Below are positions 42,665 through 58,856 of a stretch of 64,000 nt of DNA, one piece after another. The stretch is from the human T2T-CHM13v2.0 reference genome, Homo sapiens: NCBI RefSeq assembly GCF_009914755.1, contig NC_060945.1. One strand, 5' to 3'. Position 1 is the first letter of the stretch; every line of letters begins with the position of its first letter. The position numbers were made by a program, and so were the translations under genes. The notes under the pieces were generated by a model. It did not search any database. It worked only from the letters and a program-made list of their open reading frames with translations, and was not told the origin of the DNA.

Positions 42665-43049
42665 GTGGGTAATTTATAAAGAAAAGAGGCTGAATTGGCT
42701 CAAATGCTGCAGGCTTTGTAGGAAGCATGGTGCTGGCATCTGCTCAGCTTCTGGGGCAGCCTCACAAAGCTCACAGTCGTGGAGGAGGGCAAAGGGGGAG
42801 CAGGCACGTCACATGGCCAGAGCAGGAGCAAGAGAGAGGGAAGTGCCACGTACTTTTCAACAGCTCAATCTTGTCAATCTTGCAAGAACTCACTGACTAT
42901 CGAAAGGGCAGCAGCAAGGGGATGGTTCTAAACCATTCATGAGAAATCCACCCCCCGACCCAATCACTTCCCGTCAGGCCCTGCCTCCAATACTGGGGAT
43001 TACAATTCAACATGAGATTGGGGCTGGGACAAATATACAAACCATATCA
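42622..43049 (-). mobile_element. MST-family solo LTR nested in an antisense L1M 3' fragment (~42585-43460)
   Basis: tgcattaggctgttctcgcattgctataaagaaatacctgag...caaaccatatca; TSD cttac/cttat; L1 text resumes atattcagtaaagtacccaaaccttaag. Confidence 0.85.
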
Positions 43050-43863
43050 CTTATATTCAGTAAAGTACCCAAACCTTAAGACTTTTATCACTCACATACA
43101 CCCGTGTAGCCACCGTGCAGATCAAGACATAGAACAACATTGCCACCACCCAGAAGCCTTCCTTTTGTCCTTCTGAGACAATAGTATCTTCCAGGGACAT
43201 CTGCTGTTGACTTCCACCATCATAGACAAGTTTGCCCTCTACCTACCCTGAATCATGCAGGAAGCTTTGAGTCTGGTGTCTTTCTCTCAACATTGTGTGT
43301 GTGAGATGCACCCACACTGTTGCTTGTATAATAGCTAATTCTTTTCCATTGTGGTGTAGTATCTCAAGGCATGGAAATACTACACTGACACAAGTATTCT
43401 ACTCTTGATAGTATCTGGGTTGTTTCCAGGTTTTAGCTATTATACCAAAGCTGCTAAGAATAGTTGATCCTTGGAGAGGATCGAGAGATAGAGGGAAGGA
43501 AAGGGCGTGTCTTTCTTTTTCACATTGGTGATAAAGGGAGTTCCCATTGCTGCTCCTTCCATCAGTGAGCTGCTGCTCAGAGGCCCAGTGTGGCAGGCAG
43601 TGGTGAGGTGGTGGGGAAGGAAGAAAGAAAATGCTCAGTGCAGTGCATACATGTGCATGTGCGTGCGTGTGTGGTGTTCTCTCCCCTAACCCCTACATCC
43701 ACCGCCAACTCCACATTGAGGCTGGTAAAATGGCCTCAGGAGGATATTCGCAGCATCCTGACCGTTCTTATCAACCTGCAATGATTTTGCATGTGCATGT
43801 TGTGGTGTTGGCACTTATAATTGTGAGACTGGCTCAGATAGAAATCTCCTTCTCCACTTGTAG

Positions 43864-43973
43864 GCTGGTTATGATGGTGAGAGTATCGGAAATTGCCCGT
43901 TTTCTCAGCGTCTCTTTATGATTCTCTGGCTGAAAGGCGTTATATTTAATGTGACCACAGTGGACCTGAAAAG
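43864..43973 (+). CDS. CLIC6: CLIC6 exon 2: [36 protein letters not shown] (CPFS motif and putative TM helix)
   Basis: tccttctccacttgtag/ acceptor, AAG/gtaaga donor; hallmark CLIC sequence; 110 nt. Confidence 0.97.
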
Positions 43974-44018
43974 GTAAGACAAGGCGTCTGCCTTACTGAA
44001 ATAACTGTACCTAGTTCT

Positions 44019-44021
<3 letters not shown>

Positions 44022-44066
<45 letters not shown>
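44022..44066. repeat. (CA)22 microsatellite 48 nt downstream of exon 2 donor
   Basis: Direct reading. Confidence 0.95.
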
Positions 44067-44068
<2 letters not shown>

Positions 44069-44539
44069 GAGGCCAACGGTGCTGCATGGGCACGTCCATC
44101 CTCAGTCGGAGTCTGAACTGAAGCCCACATGTGGGCCAAGCAGTCATGACAGGGTCGGCTGGGCTGGAGTCAGGAAGGAGGAGGAGTTGGGGGTGCCGTG
44201 AAGAACCTGCTTCTCCAGTTGCTGGTCAGCTGTGACTCTCCCAAGCCTGTCTGAGCACCATCCCTGGCTGATAACACTGGGGAGAGTTAACTTTTTCACC
44301 TCTGTTTGTTGATATGCCCCTTTGTGCTCCGTATTCACAAAGGGGCACCTCAACAAGCCCATCATTTGTTAATGAATGCCTTTACTTTCATCGCCAGCAA
44401 GACATTTTCATAAACCCACCATCTACTTTGCAGTTCTCAAGAGTTGCTTCTCTTAAACTGGTGAGGACGCGGCTAAGCCCTGGAAATGAGTCCAGATTCT
44501 CGCGGTGGCCCATAAACACTGCTGTTTCCTCCCACCTAG

Positions 44540-44665
44540 GAAACCCGCAGACCTGCAGAACCTGGCTCCCGGAACAAACCCTCCTTTCATGACTTTTGAT
44601 GGTGAAGTCAAGACGGATGTGAATAAGATCGAGGAGTTCTTAGAGGAGAAATTAGCTCCCCCGAG
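44540..44665 (+). CDS. CLIC6: CLIC6 exon 3: (R)[41 protein letters not shown]
   Basis: tttcctcccacctag/ acceptor, GAG/gtaggc donor; 126 nt; frame consistent with neighbours. Confidence 0.97.
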
Positions 44666-45295
44666 GTAGGCCTCAGAAAACCAGTGTTCATAACTCGATT
44701 GTCACTTTCCCCCACTAGTAGTCAGTTCTAAAGCTCTGGGCAGTGTGTGTGTGTGTGGTTTTCTGCAGCCCACGGTGCTCACTTCCTTAATCATAACCCT
44801 GGTGTAACCAGATTAGAGTTCGGGGACCTGGGTTTCATTGTGCTGCACCTGCAGCTTGGCAATCACAGTTTGATGGCAGGAAGTGGGAGGAGATGGGTCC
44901 AGGGTGGGTGGTTGGCTGTATCCTAGACACCCTGCTGGAAGCTATGGAGTATGTGTTAGGAAGAAGTATCATGGATTTTTGGACCTCGGGGGAGCTATTT
45001 CTACTCCATCCCCTTCGTTTTACTAGGGAAGCACCTGAGACCAGCAAGGCCAGGTGGGGTCCTGTGTCCCAGAACTGGCCACTGCCAGGAAACAGCAACA
45101 ATCCAAACCTCTCCGTCCAGTGCCATTCTCCTAGATGTTGTTACTTCCCAACCTTTGAGAGGAAAAGGGTCAGGAAAACGTTGAAGGAAAGCTTTTCATT
45201 TTTATACCCAGAGAAAGCTGTTTTTCTCCATTGTATAGTATTATCTTCACTAAAACATCACTTGTCTGTGATCCTCCAATTTTGAACTTTTCAAG

Positions 45296-45402
45296 GTATC
45301 CCAAGCTGGGGACCCAACATCCCGAATCTAATTCCGCAGGAAATGACGTGTTTGCCAAATTCTCAGCGTTTATAAAAAACACGAAGAAGGATGCAAATGA
45401 GA
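45296..45402 (+). CDS. CLIC6: CLIC6 exon 4: (R)[35 protein letters not shown]
   Basis: cttttcaag/ acceptor, AGA/gtgagt donor; 107 nt; also in ORF 45231..45446. Confidence 0.97.
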
Positions 45403-45952
45403 GTGAGTACCTCCCATCCTCCTGTTTTGTTTCAACACAGACTTGAGTCTTAGCATGGCGGCCCATACGCTCCTGGGGTATTCCCATCTATTTCCCAGTG
45501 GGTAGAGAAGTGAGTCTGGAGCTACAGAAAAAGTGCCTCCAACTTTGAATCTGCACGTGGGCTTCAAGAGATGAATGCTTCTTTTGAGGCTGGGAACTCA
45601 GAAAACAACATTTTTAGGGAAAATAGTCATCACCCAGGTGTTCCGGACACACCATGGGAATCATGTTCAATGATGTTTCTGCCAGTCCACGTCTCCCCAC
45701 AGGCTTTCCATAAGTATTTTTGAATAAATAAATCACTTCTAGAAGGAGCAATATTGTGTAGACAGCAGTGTGATTTTCCAGGGAGGAGTGAGCCCTTTAT
45801 TCAGATATTCTACATCCACCTGCTGCCTTCCCAGCACCCATTGCTTGCTGGCCACATCTCAGCGAGGAAGGGAAGCAAACTCCATCACAGCTGGTGAAAA
45901 GTGACATGCACTTGCAAACCTCTGTTTGTGATTTCTTGCCCTTCTGTTTTAG

Positions 45953-46134
45953 TTCATGAAAAGAACCTGCTGAAGGCCCTGAGGAAGCTGGATAATTACT
46001 TAAATAGCCCTCTGCCTGATGAAATAGATGCCTACAGCACCGAGGATGTCACTGTTTCTGGAAGGAAGTTTCTGGATGGGGACGAGCTGACGCTGGCTGA
46101 CTGCAACCTCTTACCCAAGCTCCATATTATTAAG
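45953..46134 (+). CDS. CLIC6: CLIC6 exon 5: (I)[60 protein letters not shown]
   Basis: cttctgttttag/ acceptor, AAG/gttcat donor; 182 nt; [16 protein letters not shown] motif. Confidence 0.97.
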
Positions 46135-46586
46135 GTTCATCTTCCCTCCCGACACGTGTGCCGAGTACACGAACGGGGCTTTGTTTTATTTTGTTTTTAC
46201 TTGTGTTTGGGCCAGACATTTAAACAGTCTGAAATGTGGAGACTTGGATTAAAAACACTAGTTCTGTTCGGGGCAGCCAAGCCCCAGCTTTCACACACAC
46301 AGAAGATGGGCTTCGGGTGTTCTCAGAAAGTGCCTGGGAACATGGCCCCACCTTCTGCTTCTCTCTCAGCCTTACTCACACAGCCTAAAGACAGGTTATG
46401 TGAAAGCAGCCTGAGGAATTTCGTAGATTATACCTGGTGTTAGCAATTGAGAATTAGAGATGAGGCTCGTAGAATCTGGGGCTATTCAAATGTGAACGCA
46501 GTCTACTGTTGGTGATTGTAGGGCTCCACATGGCCCCTTCTAGGGATGACAGAGGAGTGTTCTATTAGCTTTTAACAGTGACCCTT

Positions 46587-46878
46587 GGCCAGGTGCAGTG
46601 GCTCATGCCTGTAATCCCAGTGATTTGGGAGGCTGAGGTGGGAGGATTGCTTGAGGCCAGGAGTTCAAGACCAGCCAGGGCAACATAGCGAGACCCCATC
46701 TATACAAAAAATAAAAAAAAAAAATTAGCCGGGCATGGTGGTGTGTGCCTGTAGTCCCAGCCACATGGGAGGCTGAAGCTGGAGGATCACTTGAGCCCAG
46801 GAACCTGAGGCTGCAGCAAGTTAAGGAGGTGGCACTGCACTCTGGCCTGGGTGACAGAGTGAGACCCCATCTCTAAAA
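46587..46878 (+). mobile_element. AluJ
   Basis: Alu consensus, diverged. Confidence 0.9.
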
Positions 46879-47127
46879 ACAATTAGGTTATTAATTATTT
46901 ATTTATTTTAAAAAAACATTGACCCTCAACATCCAGGAAGCAGCTGGCAGCTTTTGGCTGAGTCTCTGCCATATTTGTTGCCCTGCCTTCCCATATAGTA
47001 GCTGAACATGATTTAAGAGCCATGAGTCATGTATTATTAGGGCTTAAAGACCTGCCAGACCCGTGGTTCTCCAATGTTAGTAGGCATACAAACTGTCTGG
47101 GGAGCTTTTTAGAAATGTGAGTCCCCG

Positions 47128-47593
<466 letters not shown>

Positions 47594-47829
47594 CTATCAC
47601 TTATAGAAGTTGAATGTGATTGCTGTGATGAGATTGCTATGTCCTTGGCCCTTAGCAGCTCCAGATACCTCAGGAAGAAGCCCATGCCTGGCTCTGGGGC
47701 ATTTTTATGATTAAAATCCTGCCAGGGCCAGAGCCAGGTGGTTGGTATAAGTGTAGGGGAGATGGGAGAAACACCAGGAAAAATAAGTCATGGACTGTTT
47801 GTTCTAATAACACATTTAGTTAGCATTTA

Positions 47830-48147
<318 letters not shown>

Positions 48148-49423
48148 TTACATGTTAGCTTCACACAGTCTATGGTGCTGAGGCTCCTGTGGGCTCCCGG
48201 CCACCCCTGGTGACTCTGCTTCATTCTTTTGCCTTTGTCTTCCTGCATTTCTTCTTTCTATCCTCTTCCCCTCTCGGTCCTGGCCCTGTTGCTCCCTTCT
48301 TCTCCCTTCCTTTTTGTGCGTGAGGATACTGACTTGAAATGCAGGCCTTCAGGAGGTTGCTGATCCCTTGGGCAGATGTCTTTTCAATAGCTTTGCCAGT
48401 CCACCAATATCCAAAATTTAATGAAAGCATCTCCACCCCTCAAAACCTGCTAAATTTGGGAGCTGCCTTCTAACAGGATATTTATGTAGCTGTGTTTTGA
48501 TTGAGTCCCTTTTGGTAAATGCTTTTTAGTCCCTACTGTGACCAGCGTAGCATTGCAGAAACACATGAAACTTGAAGAAGAGGGGGAGAAATATCCCAGC
48601 CACAGAGCATTCATGGCCCCTTGTTTAGCTCCCATGAGAAAAGATGATTTTAAATTTCAGTAGAAAGGGTAAGCTTTAGAGTGAGATTGCAGTTCATGGC
48701 TCCACTATAAGACCCAGAAGAAAAATCTGCAAGGCCATTTAGCACTCACAATACCCAACAGCTTAATGATCTTCCAGGATGGAGTACTTCTGAAAGGAAA
48801 TGAGAATCAATCTAAGGGAATTATGGTAAAAGATGAGAGTGTGAAGGGATTTATAATTTATTCCCCTGCCAGAAACCCAGCAAAAACAATATCAAAATAG
48901 GGTATTAGCTTCATCTTTTTTGTAAAACTACAAAGGGATGACAGATCATCGACTTAAAGAGTAGGAAGCTTCTTTCAGTGGGAGGAGCCACAGAACCATT
49001 ACATGTTTCTCCGTATCTTTAGCAAAGTTCAGATTTCTCAAAAGGTAAAGAACACAGTCCTGAAATACCCAACTCAAACTTCTTTGCTTGAGGCCTAGAG
49101 CATGAGATGGGCCAGGAGGGAATCACAGAACTTCCCTATAGAGACCCTTGTTGAGCTGAGATCTCTAGGGAGGCAGAATTGAAGGAGGAGCCACACAGAG
49201 ACGCCATCTTTCTAGGCTGTGACCCAGCACCTAATCCAGAGGAACAGTCTGGAGGGGAGGTAAAGAGGGAGGAAAGGAGGGAAGTGGCATTTTGCATTGT
49301 GACTGCTGAGCAGAGAAAAGAATCTAGGCCCCAGCCAGTCAAGAGAGAGACTAGAATTGCCCAAACTTCGTTTCTAGCCACAGTGGCCTTCTGCCTAATC
49401 TGTGAGCCTCAGAGTGGAGGATG

Positions 49424-49501
49424 CCCTAACCCTAACCCTAACCCTAACCCTAACCCTAACCGTAACTCTAACCCTAACCCCAGCCCTAACCCCAACTCTA
49501 A
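49424..49501. repeat. Interstitial telomeric sequence (CCCTAA)n, 13 hexamers
   Basis: Six consecutive perfect CCCTAA then ccgtaa, ctctaa, ccctaa, ccccag, ccctaa, ccccaa, ctctaa. Confidence 0.95.
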
Positions 49502-49749
49502 TGTGTCTCTCTGGGGCAGAGCAGTGGTTGGCGACAAGGTGCTTGGGAGCAAATATTCCAGTTGGTTGGCCACCTGCCCTGTCTCACTCCCTTTGCCCTC
49601 CCCACTGCTTTTAAGCAAATGATAGGTCCAGTAGATCTGCCTCATTCAAAGAAGGCCAATACCAGAGAGAATGCCAGTGAGACCTTGGGGTAGACAGAGT
49701 TGATTGAAAAGAAGGGGGTGGGGGGAGGAATGATAAAGACAAGAAACAA

Positions 49750-51560
<1,811 letters not shown>

Positions 51561-51776
51561 AGGAAGAGGTGTCAAACAATTTAGGAGGCTCTCTGAAAAT
51601 TATATGGTCCTTCTTTGCTGTCACATTGCATCAATGACTGCTGGCCTCCAAAGTCTGCGCAGTAAGCCCCAAAGATCTTCTCATTAACCCCATGCCTGCA
51701 TCATGCAGACATCCTGGGAACCAGTGGGACAGGAGGCAGCAAAGCCCAACTGGCCTTTATGGCTCTGGGTCTCCAC

Positions 51777-52190
51777 TTCAGGTTGAATTGTGCCCTCCTC
51801 CCAATTCCTGTGTTGAGATCCTAACCCCCAGTAGCTCAGAATGTGACCTTATTTAAAAATAGGATCTTTGCAGATGTAATTAGTTAAAATAAAGTCATCG
51901 TGGAGTGAGATGGACCTAATCCAGGATGGCCAGTATCGTTGCAAACTGGGGAAATTTGGAAAGAGAGACACAGGGAGAAGGCTCTGTGAAGATGGAGTTA
52001 TGCTTGCACAGCCAAGGCACTGCCAGAAGTGGAGAGAGAGCCTTCCCTAATGCCTTCAGAGGATCCATGACCCTGCTGATACCCTGATCTTGGACTTCTG
52101 GCCCCCAGAACTAGGAATCAGTAAACTTCTGTTGTTCTAAGCCTCCCAGCATGTGTTACTTTATTATGGCAACCCTAGCAAACTGGTACA
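51777..52190 (+). mobile_element. MLT1 (A/B-like) LTR
   Basis: ggttgaattgtg...tcagaatgtgaccttattt...ggcaaccctagcaaactggtaca. Confidence 0.8.
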
Positions 52191-52891
52191 GTCCCCAGTG
52201 TTCTGCACATCTTTGTGACTAATTCCCCAACTGTACCCCTCTTGCTAGAGGAAGTATCTCACACTGCTGTGTTTCTCTTGGTGCTGTCTCTCGACTGCTT
52301 CTTCCTTACACCCACCATCCCCATGAGGGTAGGGATTTGCATCTGCTTTGTTCATGAATCTCTCCTCCGCACAGGCGGGCCCCACGATCAGACGATGCTC
52401 TTAGTGGCAGCATGATGGCATTCAGGAGGATTAACATGCACAGATGTTTGGGACTGGAGAAGTGAGGTTCAGCAAGTAGGAAGAAGAGAGGGCACCATTT
52501 AAACAGCAGATCCACCATGCGTCTTTATTCACATAGCACCAAGTAACACAGTAGCACAACATATGGAAAGAAAGTAACAGGCAACACAAAGAGAAATCCA
52601 CCAGAGTCCAGAGCATACTCGTGCCAGCGGATTCCAAGACCCATCTGTGACAAACTGGTGGGCAGAACTATGTGCAGTCACTGTAGTGAGTACAGGAACT
52701 TCATAGCCCTCCTCACACCCAAGATGGCCCTATGCAAGTCAAGATGCCGTGGTGGGTAGCCCGGATGACTGTGGGATGACATGGGAAACTGGGAAAGAAT
52801 GTATTGCATGCCTCAGAAGAATGGACTGTCTGACTTGGGAGCCTACCTTAGCAAGTTTTCCCTTTACTGATCATTTTCTCTTCATTTTCAG

Positions 52892-53053
52892 ATTGTGGCC
52901 AAGAAGTACAGAGATTTTGAATTTCCTTCTGAAATGACTGGCATCTGGAGATACTTGAATAATGCTTATGCTAGAGATGAGTTCACAAATACGTGTCCAG
53001 CTGATCAAGAGATTGAACACGCATATTCAGATGTTGCAAAAAGAATGAAATGA
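52892..53053 (+). CDS. CLIC6: CLIC6 exon 6 coding part: [53 protein letters not shown]
   Basis: ttttctcttcattttcag/ acceptor; TGA 53051-53053; six exons total 2061 nt = 686 aa + stop. Confidence 0.97.
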
Positions 53054-53400
53054 AGCTGGGCTGTTTTCTGTCTTATTTCTCAGTTGAGTGAGCAAGGATA
53101 CGAAAACAGTGTGTTTGAAAACAAATTAGGTTTGGGTTCAATTCCTTCAATTTTTAAAAAACTGGTCTCTGAGAGTTTTTTAAATCATTGAGAGCCTGTT
53201 TTTCTTCTCTAAAACATTAGTTTAATTTTCTTCAAAATGAAAATACTGCTTTGTAATTACAAAATGAGACACACCTATCTTGATATTTTAAAGCAATATC
53301 AGAGGGTGTAAAGAAGGACATTTTAACAATCGCCTTCAATTTTACTCCACTTAATTACCGAAAACTTACTGGAGAACATGTTCCAAATCTTCAGTATCTT

Positions 53401-53402
<2 letters not shown>

Positions 53403-53467
<65 letters not shown>
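53403..53467. repeat. Compound (TC)n(CA)n microsatellite in CLIC6 3' UTR
   Basis: Direct reading. Confidence 0.95.
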
Positions 53468-53469
<2 letters not shown>

Positions 53470-54721
53470 TTCATTCATATATGGTATTGCATTATTTTAT
53501 TTTAAAGCACTGGTGAGGGGACCTCTTGGTGATTCCTGGATGATCATACACAGAGGACTTACACCATACAAAAATATTGGGCACCGCAGTGCCAGAGAAG
53601 ATGCTTGAGGTTAGATTTTAAGGAGTGGGGAATTGTGAAGCCCACAGATGCGCACGCAATGACCAGCAGGAACCGGAAGCCCTGGGTCACCCCCACTCTG
53701 CCTCATTTCTGCCTCCAGGATGCCACTGCCTCTGCTTCCAGGAAAGGCAAGGGGGAGGGTGCTTATCCGTGTCTCTGGTTCCAGCTTCCTGTCTTTGCTC
53801 CCTCCCCTCTCTTAGAGACTGTGCCTTCAGCAGGACTCTTAATATCTGCTGCAACTTGGAGAACCTCCCTGCCCTGAAATGTGAACCAAGCACACTTTGG
53901 TTCCTTCTCCGGGCGGCTCTCTCTGAGACCCAAGGCTGCAGTCCCTCAGTGCTGGTGGTATCGTGTGGGGATAGCAATACTTCTCTGCCCTTCATTGTCT
54001 CATCTAGACATCAAGCAGGGAAAATCCAGGGAGATTAAATTCATGGTGACAAGTCCTGGGCAGTTCTGGTAAACGGTCCAGTTAGGGAGGGAGTAGAAAC
54101 TATTGACTCAAAAGAGTTTCTGGCTGATCTGTGGCTTTGCCTCCACCATCCCTAACCAACCTCTCATCACAGCTTTGTGTGTGGGCTGAGTGCTGGCCTT
54201 AACCCTAGGCGTGGAAGAGAAAATGTGAGGTTGTTTAGATACTCATCAGGACCTCACAGGAGCTGAGACTTATCAGCCAGAATGTGTTCTTCGGACAGTC
54301 GTACACATCTTACAGAAAACCCTCCTTGTAGAGTTGGTTGTGGTATGTGTTTGATGCTATAAAGCTCATTTTTAATGTGTACACCTGCTCTAGGGACGAT
54401 TCGTTTGAAAGAGAGTAAGATGCATTAACAGAAACTATCCTGGGATTAGGTGAAAAATGTCTAGCAAAAGAAACAAAGTCTTTAATAGAGTGGCCTCTTT
54501 CGCTCTTCGATTATGACTGCTGCAGTTTTACCCCAGCAGTCAGCTGTCTTTGTCAACCATACGTTTTTGGAGATTGGGTCTAGCACATGTCACCCTTGTC
54601 CACGTTGTTTCACATCTGGTTAGGGGGCAGATTTTAAAATGTAGTTTTGTAATGTTACATTTAAGCATGATAAATGATTAGACTACCAGATGTTACTAGT
54701 GCTAACTTTGTATTCTTAGAC

Positions 54722-54870
54722 ATTAAAATGATTGACATAAACTCTTTGTGCCTTGAAAATGAAACAAATTATAAAAATGTTTAAATGGAACCAATTTCTT
54801 TTGGGTTTTATTTTTTATTTTTTATTATTTTTTGCATTCCCCATTCTCCATTTAGGTTTCAAGAAATAAA
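54722..54870 (+). terminator. Candidate polyadenylation signals: ATTAAA 54722-54727, TATAAA 54770-54775 with U-rich tract 54795-54833, AATAAA 54865-54870
   Basis: Hexamers and downstream T-rich element read directly; the site used is not determinable. Confidence 0.55.
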
Positions 54871-54907
54871 ATGAATGGTATGGGCTTCTTTTAAAATGGT
54901 GAGGACA

Positions 54908-55337
<430 letters not shown>

Positions 55338-55854
55338 TTATGGGCATTTGAATTAGAGACAATCCATACTTCAGTTGTGAATCACAAAGACATTTTAAAG
55401 GAACCTTAAAGAGGCCTCCAAAGACACCCATGAACAGTCCTTGTCCAGGTGACTGGCATCGACACCCTGCTGGGTGTTCTTGTTCTACTTTTACGTGGAG
55501 TTGTAGGAAAGGAGCTGGTTCTGGGTGGTCTTCCCCAGCCCTGTCCCAACTCTGCCTTCAGCTCCGCCCCCAGCCCACACCTCTTGATTCTCCTAAAAAC
55601 CTACATGTGTGTAAGGAGGTAAGAAATATTCCAGAGCTGTTCTGCTGGACCAAAATCTTCATTACAGTGTGTTTTAAAAAACAAAATGCATTTGTTCTTC
55701 AAGAGATACCATACAAAATGTAAACATGGACGAATAATGAACAAATTCTTCTTTTCAGGCTGTGTGGAAGTTTTTCTGGACGGAGAGGATTCCATTCTCA
55801 ATTCTAGTTGCCCGAGAGGCTTGAAAATTAGTTCATAAAAACCCAAACTTTACC

Positions 55855-56146
<292 letters not shown>

Positions 56147-56659
56147 TCCAAACTTTCCTTAAGAACACAGAATGTCCTAAAGCAGGCTGGAAGGGAACAT
56201 GAGAGCATCACAAGGTTCTACTTTGTGGATACTGCAGCATACGGAAATGCAATGACAGAATCCGCCCAGAAGAGGACTTCCAGAGACCAGAGGTCTCAAT
56301 CATTTCCATTCTATAAGTCTATCTCTAAGAATTGATTATATGTTCAAGCCCTTCACCCCCAAGATAGGCGGACAGACAGACACACACACACACTAGACAC
56401 ACATACGTGTATACACCAATTTGTGACACCATTGTCACACACTCTCACATACTCATAAGCACACTCCCACAGACAGACATTCATGCACACCCTCCACCCC
56501 CACCCCGCATGCAGGATGAACTCCTTCCCCTCTCACCCTCCCCCAGTCGTAAGCAGTAACTCACTCTTAGCACAACCCACCCTGCCCTGAAGTTCCCCCT
56601 TCCAGTGGTTCATAATTAGGCTTTGGAAAATTTTAGATTAATGGCTTTTTTTTTTACAT

Positions 56660-57042
<383 letters not shown>

Positions 57043-58184
57043 TAAGAGAACCAAGATGTCCTTCATTCTAAGCACACATAATTAACAAAGCCCTACATAC
57101 ATGAAATGGATGCATTGGGGGATGCTATTCACATGACAAAATGACTTCTCTTTCCATATATGGGTGTAAGTCTCAATTATCCTGTGGCCAATTTCCCTTC
57201 ACACATTGGTATTTTGGTTTAATAAATTACATGCATTTCAGGCCATGGCCACTTTGTAAGGGATGTGTGTGGCCTCTGGTCACAAAGGGACTGACTACAC
57301 TGTTCCTCAGGGCCTTTGCAGGTCTGGGGCGTCAGGAAGCCCTTTCTGCTTCTGGGATCTCAGGGACCCAGCAGGAGTGGCACCTGCCATTGCAGCTGGT
57401 GGATTGACACGGTCATTGTTCCCATTGCAGAGGGTTCTGGTGGAGTCCTCTATGAGCCTTGCCTTGAAGGAGGCCATTTAGGCAGGCAGAGTCGAAAGCT
57501 GCCTGGGGAAGTGGCGGGTCAAGTCATGGTCCAGAGGAAATTGTGTTCAGCAGCATGGAGCTGCATATTTGGGAGGAGGAAGCCATTTACTTAGGTTATA
57601 AGGCCTGGGATCGGGCCACCAATGGGATCTTATCCAACCTGTATTCATTTTACCCTTTTGTGGGACTGCCTACCCTATTGTTCAGTCCTACCCTATTGTT
57701 CTGGCTCCCATGGCCCCTGGCTCTGTAAGCTTGTCCTAACAACATTCTGGAAGAGAAACTATTTTTCTTGATGACACCTCCCTCTCCCATCTCTTCCTCG
57801 ATCCCCTTCTGTAGTGGATTCTGTGATGTACTCCTGGGTGAGTGGACAAGGACAGTAGCCATCAGTGGCTGGCCTAGGATTCCCCATGGTTCAGCCGATC
57901 TGCTGGGCTCTGTCTCCCTGCAAAGGCCTCTTTCCAGGTGGCTGACACTTGCGAGTCTGAGTTAGGTCTGTTTCTGAAGCTCTGACCTACACATGTAACC
58001 AGCACCTGCTAGGACATTCTGAGGCTCTTTAAATCTTTTGGATCTACCCAGGTTCCAGGAGAATTCCAGGGCCCGGGGACAGAACCGTCCTTGCTTAGAA
58101 TGCTTCTTGGTTTTGTTAAAGGGGATGTATTCAAATAGCATTAAGGTTTTTGTTTTCCTGCTTGCTTTTTCCTTCCTGGCGTTA

Positions 58185-58856
<672 letters not shown>

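Larger units (their letters stand above)
53054..54890 (+). other. CLIC6: CLIC6 3' UTR (end approximate)
   Basis: Follows stop codon; AT-rich; poly(A) hexamers cluster at 54722-54870. Confidence 0.7.

Noticed and set aside
49395-49423. TGTGAGCC next to the telomeric tract as a telomerase-RNA-derived fragment, or ctaatctgtg as TSD
   Set aside because: Matches of 8 nt or less are expected by chance
49179-49645. ORFs with NP/LT/LG dipeptide repeats
   Set aside because: Translations of the telomeric hexamer
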